This document shows, in pieces, positions 13,521 to 25,505 of a stretch of DNA of 64,000 nucleotides. The stretch spans positions 868,001 through 932,000 of the forward strand of contig JAUFOQ010000010.1 in NCBI GenBank assembly GCA_040285855.1, read 5' to 3'. Source of the stretch: Eukaryota sp. GEM-RC1. Its lineage: Eukaryota. How positions within the stretch are numbered: position 1 is the stretch's first letter; every line of letters begins with the position of its first letter. The position numbers and the translations under genes are program-made. The notes beneath the pieces were generated by a model that ran no database searches, was not told where the DNA came from, and worked only from the letters and a program-made list of their open reading frames with translations.

Positions 13521-14357
13521 CTATAAAAACACACAACACTCTGATCCATAGCTTATTGAACTTGAAGTTCCTTTCCTACTGTCCAATTCGTCTAATTCCT
13601 TAACAATAGACCCACACAGTATTTTAACAACATAATCACCATAAGAGAAAGGGAAATTACTACCTTGAGCTTCAAGAATCTCTTTCCTTTCATTGACATA
13701 ATCATCAACAACATCTAAATGAACACTATTATCATCCAAAGTATTTAGATACTCTAGCGTACGGTCATCATCTGTACAAGCAACAATTGACACGTGGACA
13801 TTGTCTGGTCTTTTGTTGAGTTCACTTAGAAAGGTCTTAATGTCAGAATATCCATCGTCAGTAGTTGGTTGTCCATCAGTTATTATAATGACAAGTAAAG
13901 ACTTTCCCAGTTCAGGATCATTGATGACGTGATGCTTGTCAGAGATAGCCTGGCGTAGGACACGTGTTAGCGGGGTGTAGCCTCGAGGAGGATTAGAGAA
14001 AAGTTGATCTATTTGTGAGGTTTCTGTGACATTGTTGAGGCCAGAGCGGTTTAAGAAGTAAAGATCAATACCATCACTATCTAGACATGTGGCAATCTTG
14101 GTGATGATCTGAACTTGTCCTTTAAGTTCATCCCAGCGGGTTTGGCTTGGACTTGTACTAGAAATTGGTGTCAGAGGTGTCAGCATGGATCCACTATCAT
14201 CAGCGATAACAACAATATCAAAGCGTTCAAGTTTGCGGAGATATAGTGCCATCTTTTCACTTATTTCATAGTCACGAACAACAGAAGCGAAGCGAGAAAG
14301 TCTGTCATTTTGATGGGAGATGGGAGCAGATGGGATATCGGTAGAATACGTATACAT
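13521..14357 (-). CDS. von Willebrand factor A (vWA) domain protein with C-terminal CaaX-like motif
   Basis: Intact 278-aa ORF; MIDAS DDSGS...TPL...ITDG; ends CCVFL*. Confidence 0.88.
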   Translation of the reverse strand: MYTYSTDIPSAPISHQNDRLSRFASVVRDYEISEKMALYLRKLERFDIVVIADDSGSMLTPLTPISSTSPSQTRWDELKGQVQIITKIATCLDSDGIDLYFLNRSGLNNVTETSQIDQLFSNPPRGYTPLTRVLRQAISDKHHVINDPELGKSLLVIIITDGQPTTDDGYSDIKTFLSELNKRPDNVHVSIVACTDDDRTLEYLNTLDDNSVHLDVVDDYVNERKEILEAQGSNFPFSYGDYVVKILCGSIVKELDELDSRKGTSSSISYGSECCVFL

Positions 14358-15267
14358 TGCTCAGAGAATGGGGTTCAAAAGGATGTTGATATCAGTTTTG
14401 ATGGGTGCAAATGTGTTTGTTCATTTTTTGACACATGTGTCTCATTCATTTGGTAATTAATTCGCCAACCTTTTAGTCACCACATTTATTGGACTCAATA
14501 CTTGGTCGAAGATGATATTTATCAAGTCAACTAAGTCAAAATTCTTAATTTGACCTAATCCCGGCAAAAGATTAGGTACAAACTCTATTCACCTTTATCC
14601 TTCTCATTTTCATCTCCAATTGCAGCATGTCAGAACGGACAGAAGTGGCTCTAAGAATGAAGGAGCAATCGCCAGACTTACGGCAAATTGACGCACGATC
14701 TGGATCTGATTTAACAGTCTTAGATTCAGCACCGAAACGCAAATTGTATACATAAACATCATTTAGAAGTCGCTCTGCAGAGATTTAATAGCTTGAGAAC
14801 GTAGTTGCAGCTGTCTTTCCTTCTGTTGTTGATCAGCACTGGATTCACTAGCCATAATAGTAGGGGGGATGTGGTGGGCAATTTTGATATGACAAAATTT
14901 CATGTGGGCATTTTTGATAGAGGGGTCTTAGGAAGTGGGCATTTTGCTATTTTCTCGTTTTATTAGTAATATTTATTGGTAATCAAATTATATCACACAT
15001 TATGTGTTACATATTGATAATTCACATTATTACTGTTCGTACGAATTTCTTTTAGTTGTTTCATCAAAAACACTAAGCACCACTTTAATTTACTCTACTA
15101 TCCTCCTCTATTTTCAAACATAGCCTCATGTAGAATTGTATTGTCCTCAGCAACTTCTAATTGATCCCTTTACAATGTAATTCCTCAAGAATAGCACAGT
15201 GTATTACTGTAAAAACTGAAAATACAGCTTTCCAATATATTGCAATAATATTGTTTATTGTTTCAAC

Positions 15268-17708
15268 CATACTTGTGGATCACAAGACTTTTGTCAGTGT
15301 GATCACAATCACAATCAGGTCAAATGTGATACAGTTATCACAACCACAATTTGTGATCACAAATACTGAGATTTTTCGCAAATAAAATACATTGTACATT
15401 GTATATGATTTTATACTTGTAGAATCTACCATTAATGGAACTCTATCTTCAATAGTTCTTGTTTTTGTGAACACGAACTCTTTCAGTGTCCCTGATACCA
15501 TAGCATTTTGTTCTGCCACATTTCTTCAGATCTGCTGGCGATGTTTTAACCCGTTCTTTGGCGACTGAAAGTCACATGATCACGATTGTTTTTCGGTTGT
15601 AGATGCTGATTCAGTATGACTTGTGATTCTGTGAGGTTATTTGATTCAACTGCGCATAAAGATCTTTACCATCGGGTTTTCGTTTATGGGGACAGCCAAA
15701 TCAAAGATTTCAGAAGCATTCAGTTTTGTGCACTGAATCAGTAAGAAGCTGTTTAAAGCCTACAAAACTTGTAATGAGATCAGTCACACTTTGGTATATT
15801 AGAATTGTTGTGCAAAGTCAATTTCAAGTTACTTGAATATAAAGCAGGATTCGAAAAATCTCCCAGTAGCTATACGATGGTTGGTACTACAGTCCATTCT
15901 TTGTTTAAACTGCAAAAGGTTGAAACACAAATTTAGAATATGAGTTTCAATTTAATTCATCTACTTGAGAGTCATACTTGGAGTGATTGAGCTTTTCAGC
16001 AGCTGTTAACGGATGAAAAGAAGAATCTAATATCCTACTAACACAAGATTTGTTGCAAACATCTACTGTAGTAAAATCCATTAATGATTGACTCGATTTA
16101 AGCCACGGAGTATGGAGATCCCCCTTTTTGATCAGTAAATTCATTTTCTGAAAGATGATTCAAAACTGGTTCAACTTTAGAGTGACACCCATGTGCTTTA
16201 AACATGGAATAGCAAGAATCACGTACACCATCATGAATTACTGCACGTAGATGAATAAAATAACGACAATTAATTAAATGACGAAAAACACCATTAGCTC
16301 CACAAGAGCAAGTTGAATAGTTTAATAAATTTGCAGGCCAAATAGCCAAACGAAGACGCATATTGATCATCCAAGCTTCATCAGATAGATGCAATCCAAA
16401 CACCTTAGGAATTTGAGAAATAAATCCAGAATGTCCACTATTACAAAGGTCCATTGAAAAGCAGCGTACTCGGGACTATTAGTTTTAGCCAAGCTAACAC
16501 GATTATTATAGTCCAAGAGTTCAAACTCCTTGTCAATTTATTTTGCAGTTTACATACAGCAGACGGTAGAGATGAAATATTTTTAAAGCAGTCTCCTTTA
16601 AGTGAGCAGGGAACAAAAATTCCCACAGTTCAGGAGACAAAGATGATACCAAATCTTTAGCAGATCGAATCCAACGGCAATTACTGGAATTCAACAGATT
16701 GATTCCTTCCAAGGGAAACCGTTTCAAATATTCAAACATAAAATTCCTAACACCTCCTAAAAGAGCAGATTTTCTAAAGATTTTTGCATGAATGAAACCT
16801 TCTCCTGCGAGTTCAGAAGAATAAAAGCATTAAATGGAATCTTAGACTCATCAATTTCAGCCAAGTTAGAGAGAAAATTTGTTCCAATAGAATTATATTT
16901 CTTGGCAAATGTTTCAGTAAGTGAATAGTCTAATGAACGTAAAAATGATTAATTTTCCCGGGAAAACAGACCTGAAGCATAGCAAAGAAACATGTTTACT
17001 CACATCTAAAGATAATATTTGATTTAGTTTTTCTTCAATGGTAGATAATGAACCCTCCAATTCTGAATGAATTTTCTCATAATTTCCCAAAAGGGCCAAG
17101 AAAACGAAAACATTGAGTAAAATAATCGATGATAGGAATAGTACAAAAACCAAGATTAGAAACATTCGATGACTTAACAGCAAGAAAACATTAATCAAAA
17201 TTAATTGTTAAACCAACACTCAAAGAAAGTTCAATGAAACGTGAAAAACACTTTTTGAGAAATTCAACTGGAGCAATCAGCGAAGAACCATCAGCATAAG
17301 CACAAATTTTTAACAGTTGGAAATTCTAATTGTAAGATTTCAAATAATTTTTGTAGAGCGAGACAAAACAAAAAGGACCCAAAGGATCACCTTGCTTAAC
17401 CCTTATAGTTGATTTAATATCAAATTTGGCATAAATTAAACTCGACGCTTTACCATAAAAAGATTAAAACAAGGAATCAACCGAGGAAAAATTCAGAAAG
17501 TTCGTCACTAGTTAAAGCACAATTAAATGCTTTTTAAAATCAATGTTCAAAATGGCGTTTTCCTCATTTGAATGAAAAGAAAATCAGAGGTTAATGCAGC
17601 ACACGTAGTACCATCAGGAACTCCAAAATCGTGATGATTTCACTTAAGCTACAATCACATTTGAATCACAAGTAGTGTGATCACATAAGATTGTGATCCA
17701 CACGTCTG
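15268..17708. mobile_element. Non-autonomous hAT element (2441 bp) carrying a retrotransposon fragment
   Basis: TIR CATACTTGTGGATCACAA vs CAGACGTGTGGATCACAA (16/18); perfect 8-bp TSD GTTTCAAC (15260-67, 17709-16); subterminal GTGATCAC/ATCACA repeats. Confidence 0.88.
15900..17625 (-). mobile_element. Decayed CRE-like retrotransposon, divergent subfamily
   Basis: FGVPDGTTCAA, GVKQGDPLGP, YADG (YADD mutated), CSC...HLINC, IHDGVRD, MDFTTVD on the minus strand. Confidence 0.85.
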
Positions 17709-17835
17709 GTTTCAACCAACAATGAATAATTTTTGGTAACTAACACAACAATAAATAAATAAATAGATATTTATTGCAATAAATACAATAAAAATATATT
17801 TTTCCCACCCCTACCTAACCCAATTTTTTCTTGCC

Positions 17836-19175
17836 GTGTCATTTTCTTTTCTACCAGCAGAAACTCTCAGCTTCATCCTCAATGAACCATCTTTCTCTGA
17901 TCAAACCATTTCGTATGGAGATCAGTCTATTGAAGTGAACAAAACTGTTCTTGCTGCAGGTTCTACCTACTTTCACTCTCTCTGGTTCTTAGAGTTTGGA
18001 GACAAACATGATAACCCCATTGACTTCTCCCATCTTCCCGGGAGTTCCGCCACCTTCTTTGCTTTCATCAGATCCTCCATACCATTCACTCTGAATGAAA
18101 GCAATGCGTACCACTTCTTCTATCTAATCCACTACTTTCAAGTGAACAAATTGGTTGACCAGTTTGAAAACCACTTAAAAACTCATCTCGTGACCTGGAC
18201 TTGGTTAAAACTGTTCATTAAAGAAGCAGATGAAAGAATGGACTTGAGAGCTCTGGAATTCGTTGGTCCTTTCTTTTCCAAAATTGATAACCTCGTGATT
18301 GATGACGTGATGGCAATCACTACTGAAGGGTTTGTTATTCTTTCCAAATATTGTATGTCGACTCAATCACTGTCATGGTTCATTAAGTCAATGGTGAGCT
18401 CAATTCTTAAACAAAATTTTAATTTGAATGAGGTACCTAACTTTTAAATTCTTGTTCAATCGAAGCTCTCTCTTTACGACAATGGAAAGAGTATTTATTT
18501 GTTCCTTTAAAACATGTAGAAGAATTGAAGACGGAGCTGATGAAGTTTTCTTGTACCAGTGTTCAAGATTGTTGTCTGGACTCGTTGTTGAATGAAAATT
18601 CGGATTTGAAGGACCAAAACATCAAAACAATGAGAGAGATCGCCAAATTACAACAACAAATTGAACAATTTAAAAGACTACAGAGATTAAATTCTCTCAA
18701 ACTCGAATGCATTCAGATTTAGACGTAAGAAATGATGACAAGAAAGTTGTTGTTAAAAGTGGTGGTCATCGTTCTAGAAGTGTCTTGGGCCATAACCCAC
18801 TTCTTCAAGATACTGTTTACACTTGGAAGTTGAGGTACCAGGGACGTTTTTCAGGGACGTTTGGAAAATATTTTTGTTGGAGTCATTGACGAGTCAAAGT
18901 TTCATGGTGGTGTTTGTCATACGATTGCTCACGGGATCTTCAATGATCGTGGTCAATCCAAAGAATGTCTTGGAGGAAGTGCAACTCATTGGAATCCTGG
19001 TGAATTACTCGAAATCAATGCAAATCTGGTGAATTACACTCTAACAATCAAATCCGTGGATAATTCTTAAATTAATCTGACTGGAACGCTTCCCAGATTA
19101 AGTCTTGGTAATTATTATCCATATGCTCACTTATTTTTGGTAATGATGAACTTGAAATCGTTGAACAAAGCTGAT
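17836..19175 (+). pseudogene. BTB/POZ + coiled coil + SPRY-like protein, frameshifted
   Basis: FSDQTISY...VNKTVLAAGSTYFHSL (BTB); VYTWKLRY..IFVGVID...WNPGELLEINANL...YYPY (SPRY/B30.2-like); several frameshifts that may be sequencing errors. Confidence 0.7.
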
Positions 19176-20003
19176 AACTTATCTCTTGAGCATGTCTTTT
19201 AAAAAGAGAATCGTCTGGCTTTTGAAAGAAGAAGTTTTTCAAAAATAGTTAACCACAGTTTTCAAGTTTACGGCTCCGATAGGATCATCATAAAACTTGC
19301 CAACAAAATGTATTTTAACAATTTTTTCTTTAAAACTTGAAGACAAGTTTCACTTAAGAATCAACAAAAAACCATTGTTTTGATCTGAAAGCATTTTAAA
19401 ACAATTGATCTTATAAATGTAATAAATTACAGAAACTAAAATTTTATATGATTAAAACAACACCCGTCGCTATCAAACCTTACAACAGCTTTGTCCTCAT
19501 AAACAAAACTCACAGCTAATAAAGCTTCGGAGAAGATTAGGCAAAACTGTTTCAAAAACAGTACAAAAGATGCGATTCAATCATAACATACTAGTATGAT
19601 CAAAGTTCATCCTATTTTTTACGATTTTTTCCGAAACCGTTTAAAAAATCGATTCACTTTTTCTTAAACGGATGTAGATTGATACAGCAAATGGGCATAA
19701 TTCATATTCAAAATTTTTTCATGTTTTAGAACAATCAATGGTTTGTTGTACTTATCATTCTTTAAAAATGTCTGAAGGGGGAGTTTTTGTTTTACCAACG
19801 ATGCGGTCAACTTTCCTAACCGTGTAAGTGTTGAATAACTGTGTAGTCTTGCTTCTGTTTGAGTCTTCTACATCCGTAGACTCGTGTTTCAATCTCTTAG
19901 ACAGACGTGGTGATCTAAACCTTCTTCTTTCATTTCCAACTTTCGTTCTCTATTTACATGTGTTCTTTTCACATTCAAGTAATCCTATGGTATGACTGTG
20001 AAA

Positions 20004-20449
20004 CAGGGACTGTCAAAAATATATTGCAATATATTGCAGGGTCAAAAGATTTGCAATACAGTATTGCAATACTGCAATATATTGCAATAATTGGAAGCAA
20101 TATATATATTGTTGATGAGATTATTTATTGTCTAGATTCCGCCGATAAACCATAAGAACATCATTAGGTGATTTCTAAATTGAGCAGTTTCTGATCAATC
20201 TCTATTGATTTGACAGATTTTCTCATAAAGTAAGTGGTTGGCTCATATGTACGTTTTTCTAAGAATTTCAATAAATGTGTACTGACAGACACTCCTATAC
20301 ATTGTCTCGCAGATGTTTGCGATACAATACCCAAACATCCATATTGATCATTATTGCCAATATATTGGTATTGGTTTTCAGCAAACAATCAATATTGGTA
20401 TATATTTATTGGCAATATGGAATTGGCAATTCAATATTACAGAGCCCTG
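20004..20449. mobile_element. Composite hAT MITE remnant
   Basis: Left end CAGGGACTGTCAAAA plus TATTGCA repeats (same family as 789-1470); right end ACAGAGCCCTG from a related family; no TSD. Confidence 0.65.
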
Positions 20450-20496
20450 GTCAATAACTGTGTTTAGTGTCACTTGTTGGACTACATTACTTGTTG

Positions 20497-23400
20497 GACT
20501 ACCTTGGTGGGGTGATTAACCGTTTCTTTCCCCGTTAATGTAAACAATTTAAGGGGAATTCTGCATGCTGGAATTCTTGAGTGACCATTGCTAACTGAAA
20601 ACAACGTTATTTAAAGTAGTTTTAAAAATACGGTGTATTGTTATTTCGAAATAATGTGTCTGTACAAATAATATGTCTGCAAAAATAACGAAGTGTTAGT
20701 AAAGTAACGGTATTACTATGAACACCAACTATTGTATACACCAATGTAATTACACCAGTGCTCCAGTGTTTTAGTCAATGTATTGCTATTGATTTATGTA
20801 AACATCTACCTTTTTGTTTCTTTTTGGATCCGGACCACCGAAATTATCTAGAGAATAACCAAATGTTTTTCTGTTTTATGGATGTGAACATTGTTCCAAA
20901 GGTCTACGTATTGGTTCCTTCACCAGATACGGACCTGCAAAGCACATGAACAACTACATTAAGAATACCGATTGATTTCTAAGCCTTGTACTGTCAACCG
21001 CGTTAGGTGTAGTACTATGCAGTTGGGATTTTTAGGTCTGATAAAGCTTGCATGTACTTTGTTTCAATGTAGTGTATTAAAGATATTATTAATCCCTTAT
21101 TGATTCATTCACTGATGTATTCATTTAAAAAATGAATAAGTGAAAATCCATATCACTGAAAATGATGTCGATACATTTTGTTAGTTGACCTAATTTCTTG
21201 GATTGCAAAACATTTTTGATAAAACAAGTTTTATGTAAGTATTTGAGATAATTTATTCATCTTTGGTGATGTACAATAAACAGTCACTCCCATATCACAC
21301 AGCACTACCACCCTTAGAGTTTTAATATTCAATAGAATCAATTAGAACATGTAGTTTAGATCAGTAAGAATGACCTTGGCAATTGGTTGAGAGACAACCA
21401 TTTCAGTATAAGAAATCGGCTATTAGATGTCAGACTGTTCTTCATCTGATTCGCATTTCTGGAAATTAATTCTGACCTACAATCTGATCGAGAACCGTGT
21501 TCATGGTAAGATAACCGCATGATACAGCAAACAAAATGAGCTTTACAAAACTTAAACAAACACATTTATTGTCTTAAAAGATTATAAATACTCAAGAGGG
21601 TCACTAGATTGATGTACAACACTTTCTACAAGATTAGCTGTTAAGTTCTACTCACAAACATCAACAAGTCTCGGTTTTTTCACAACTGGTAAGGCCACAA
21701 AAGGTCATCTTGATGAGCTTCTTCCTCAGTTGATAAACCTGCCTCCTGAGACATCATATCTTCGAGTATATTTTCATGAAATTCTTCCCTATCGACCTTG
21801 GGATTGAGATGAGCTGATCCACGATGAAATAGATGTAACATTTCTAATAAAGACTGTTGATACAGATCCGCTGATGTATCTAAAGGAGATAGTATCTTTA
21901 TTGAAAGACCAACGAGACAAAGGTGTTTCAGTTTCGATAGTCCACAGAGCACCCGTGAATGCTGGGTACACTCACAAAAGATGCAGAATGCTAGTTAGAC
22001 GAGCAAAACCTTCTCTTATATATCCTCGCCCGTTATTACGTCCCAACAAACTGAAAAGCCCTACAAAAGACGTCAGCACAGCGACTCTAGTGAAAAGAGA
22101 AGAGATTAACCTCAGCACCAAAGAAGAGCTCCCAGAGACAAAGTCTTATGTTACAATTGTAAAAAGAAATGTTATTTTGTCAAAAACTGCGACTCAAATA
22201 AAGCAGAGCAACCTCAACGACAACCAACACGTAGAGTTGGTGACGATAGAAAATTTAAGAAATCCAATAAAGAAACTAAATATATTTTCCAACTGAACCA
22301 AAATCAATAACATCCCTACTCAAACCCCATAGCGTCATTAGAATCACTAGATACAGTAATGATAACAGAATAAACAGCTGATCTGTATTAAGTTAGATCT
22401 ATCTGAGATTTGTATGACATTCACCAAAGCAAAAACGAGGGTGATAATGAAGAGTACTGGAGTCATTGCCACCGTTAAACATGGATGTCTTTTGTGACTA
22501 CCTTGGTGGGGTGATTAACCGTTTCTTTCCCCGTTAATGTAAACAATTTAAGGGGAATTCTGCATGCTGGAATTCTTGAGTGACCATTGCTAACTGAAAA
22601 CAACGTTATTTAAAGTAGTTTTAAAAATACGGTGTATTGTAATTTCGAAATAATGTGTCTGTACAAATAATATGTCTGCAAAAATAACGAAGTGTTAGTA
22701 AAGTAACGGTATTACTATGAACACCAACTATTGTATACACCAATGTAATTACACCAGTGCTCCAGTGTTTTAGTCAATGTATTGCTATTGATTTATGTAA
22801 ACATCTACCTTTTTGTTTCTTTTTGGATCCGGACCACCGAAATTATCTAGAGAATAACCAAATGTTTTTCTGTTTTATGGATGTGAACATTGTTCCAAAG
22901 GTCTACGTATTGGTTCCTTCACCAGATACGGACCTGCAAAGCACATGAACAACTACATTAAGAATACCGATTGATTTCTAAGCCTTGTACTGTCAACCGC
23001 GTTAGGTGTAGTACTATGCAGTTGGGATTTTTAGGTCTGATAAAGCTTGCATGTACTTTGTTTCAATGTAGTGTATTAAAGATATTATTAATGCCTTATT
23101 GATTCATTCACTGATGTATTCATTTAAAAAATGAATAAGTGAAAATCCATATCACTGAAAATGATGTCGATACATTTTGTTAGTTGACCTAATTTCTTGG
23201 ATTGCAAAACATTTTTGATAAAACAAGTTTTATGTAAGTATTTGAGATAATTTATTCATCTTTGGTGATGTACAATAAACAGTCACTCCCATATCACACA
23301 GCACTACCACCCTTAGAGTTTTAATATTCAATAGAATCAATTAGAACATGTAGTTTAGATCAGTAAGAATGACCTTGGCAATTGGTTGAGAGACAACCAT

Positions 23401-24495
23401 TTCAGTATAAGAAATCGGCTATTAGATGTCAGACTGTTCTTCATCTGATTCGCATTTCTGGAAATTAATTCTGACCTACAATCTGATCGAGAACCGTGTT
23501 CATGGTAAGATAACCGCATGATACAGCAAACAAAATGAGCTTTACAAAACTTAAACAAACACATTTATTGTCTTAAAAGATTATAAATACTCAAGAGGGT
23601 CACTAGATTGATGTACAACACTTTCTACAAGATTAGCTGTTAAGTTCTACTCACAAACATCAACAAGTCTCGGTTTTTCACAACTGGTAAGGCCACAAAA
23701 GGTCATCTTGATGAGCTTCTTCCTCAGTTGATAAACCTGCCTCCTGAGACATCATATCTTCGAGTATATTTTCATGAAATTCTTCCCTATCGACCTTGGG
23801 ATTGAGATGAGCTGATCCACGATGAAATAGATGTAACATTTCTAATAAAGACTGTTGATACAGATCCGCTGATGTATCTAAAGGAGATAGTATCTTTATT
23901 GAAAGACCAACGAGACAAAGGTGTTTCAGTTTCGATAGTCCACAGAGCACCCGTGAATGCTGGGTACACTCACAAAAGATGCAGAATGCTAGTTAGACGA
24001 GCAAAACCTTCTCTTATATATCCTCGCCCGTTATTACGTCCCAACAAACTGAAAAGCCCTACAAAAGACGTCAGCACAGCGACTCTAGTGAAAAGAGAAG
24101 AGATTAACCTCAGCACCAAAGAAGAGCTCCCAGAGACAAAGTCTTATGTTACAATTGTAAAAGAAATGTTATTTTGTCAAAAACTGCGACTCAAATAAAG
24201 CAGAGCAACCTCAACGACAACCAACACGTAGAGTTGGTGACGATAGAAAATTTAAGAAATCCAATAAAGAAACTAAATATATTTTCCAACTGAACCAAAA
24301 TCAATAACATCCCTACTCAAACCCCATAGCGTCATTAGAATCACTAGATACAGTAATGATAACAGAATAAACAGCTGATCTGTATTAAGTTAGATCTATC
24401 TGAGATTTGTATGACATTCACCAAAAGCAAAAACGAGGGTGATAATGAAGAGTACTGGAGTCATTGCCACCGTTAAACATGGATGTCTTTTGTGA
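20497..24495. repeat. Direct tandem duplication of ~1999 bp (20497-22495, 22496-24495)
   Basis: Copies nearly identical; I see about two substitutions and a few homopolymer indels; duplicated ORF calls at offset ~1999. Confidence 0.97.
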
Positions 24496-25505
24496 TCTCT
24501 AAACTTCAGGTGACTAACATGTTAACTGCTTGGTCAAGACGATCACCAACTCTAAGGCGAATATCATACCTTTGGTTATCCGGTTTCTTCCTGAAAGAGA
24601 GTTTTAATCCTTACAAAGTCTTCTTTCAGTACATTCTGGCCAGAGTCTTGAACTATTAAGGCCCATGTTTTTCAAGGCGTTGAATGACGCTTCATATCAA
24701 CGTGCTACTCAATTTTCAGAGCATTTAATTATCGATCAAGATTTGTTCTTACTTACATCTTTTGACTCTACAAAGTCAATGGTGATGAAATACATCAGTG
24801 ATGCCAAAGATACTCACTGTCATATCACCTGCTAGACGCATCGTTTTAAAGGTGGTTCAATATCACGTAATTTTGAACTCATATGACGACCGTTTAGAGG
24901 TAGACAGACAATAATAGGCTGGTAATTTTGTTTAAAAAGAACGTGGTAAACAGAATACGATTGTCTAGTTATAGGTTTGTTTAAATAATTGGAATAGATT
25001 GTTTTACGGAAACACTTAATGGTGAAAATTTTCTTTCAGCATTGAATGAAAGTATGTACGTCGCAACAAACTAGATAGAGATACTAGTTCAAATTGATTG
25101 TAACAGGGGTAAAGAGAAGGAACATACTCATCACATCACGAGAACACGTAGATGGAAGAGGAGTTTGACGACGCAGTGCATAAAGGAAGAAAAGAGGAGC
25201 GAAGAACCTCAAGGCAAAAAGCAATTCAGCGGGTATTTGCGGAAGAACTACCGAGAAATAGAAGAAGAGACTGTGAGAGTGACTGATCAAGACTCATTGA
25301 CTAGAACATTCTAAGGAGAGGGAACGAGGCAGATTGACTTTACATTGGTATATCGTCTTTGATATGAACTCGAAGAATGCCCAATCTCATGTCCAATTCA
25401 AAGTCACTCTCGACCCTCTTCTAGAACTTCCAACACTACTGACGTCAAAAGTCCTCCTTCTAAACGCCCTCAAGTTCTAGATAGTCTTGCTCTTCCAAAT
25501 ACTTA

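Noticed and set aside
14860..14956. MULE-like terminal sequence with three GTGGGCA(A/T)TTT repeats
   Set aside because: No matching opposite end or TSD located
21356..22296. Short ORFs inside the tandem duplication
   Set aside because: No recognisable domain, overlapping on both strands, and one differs by a frameshift between copies
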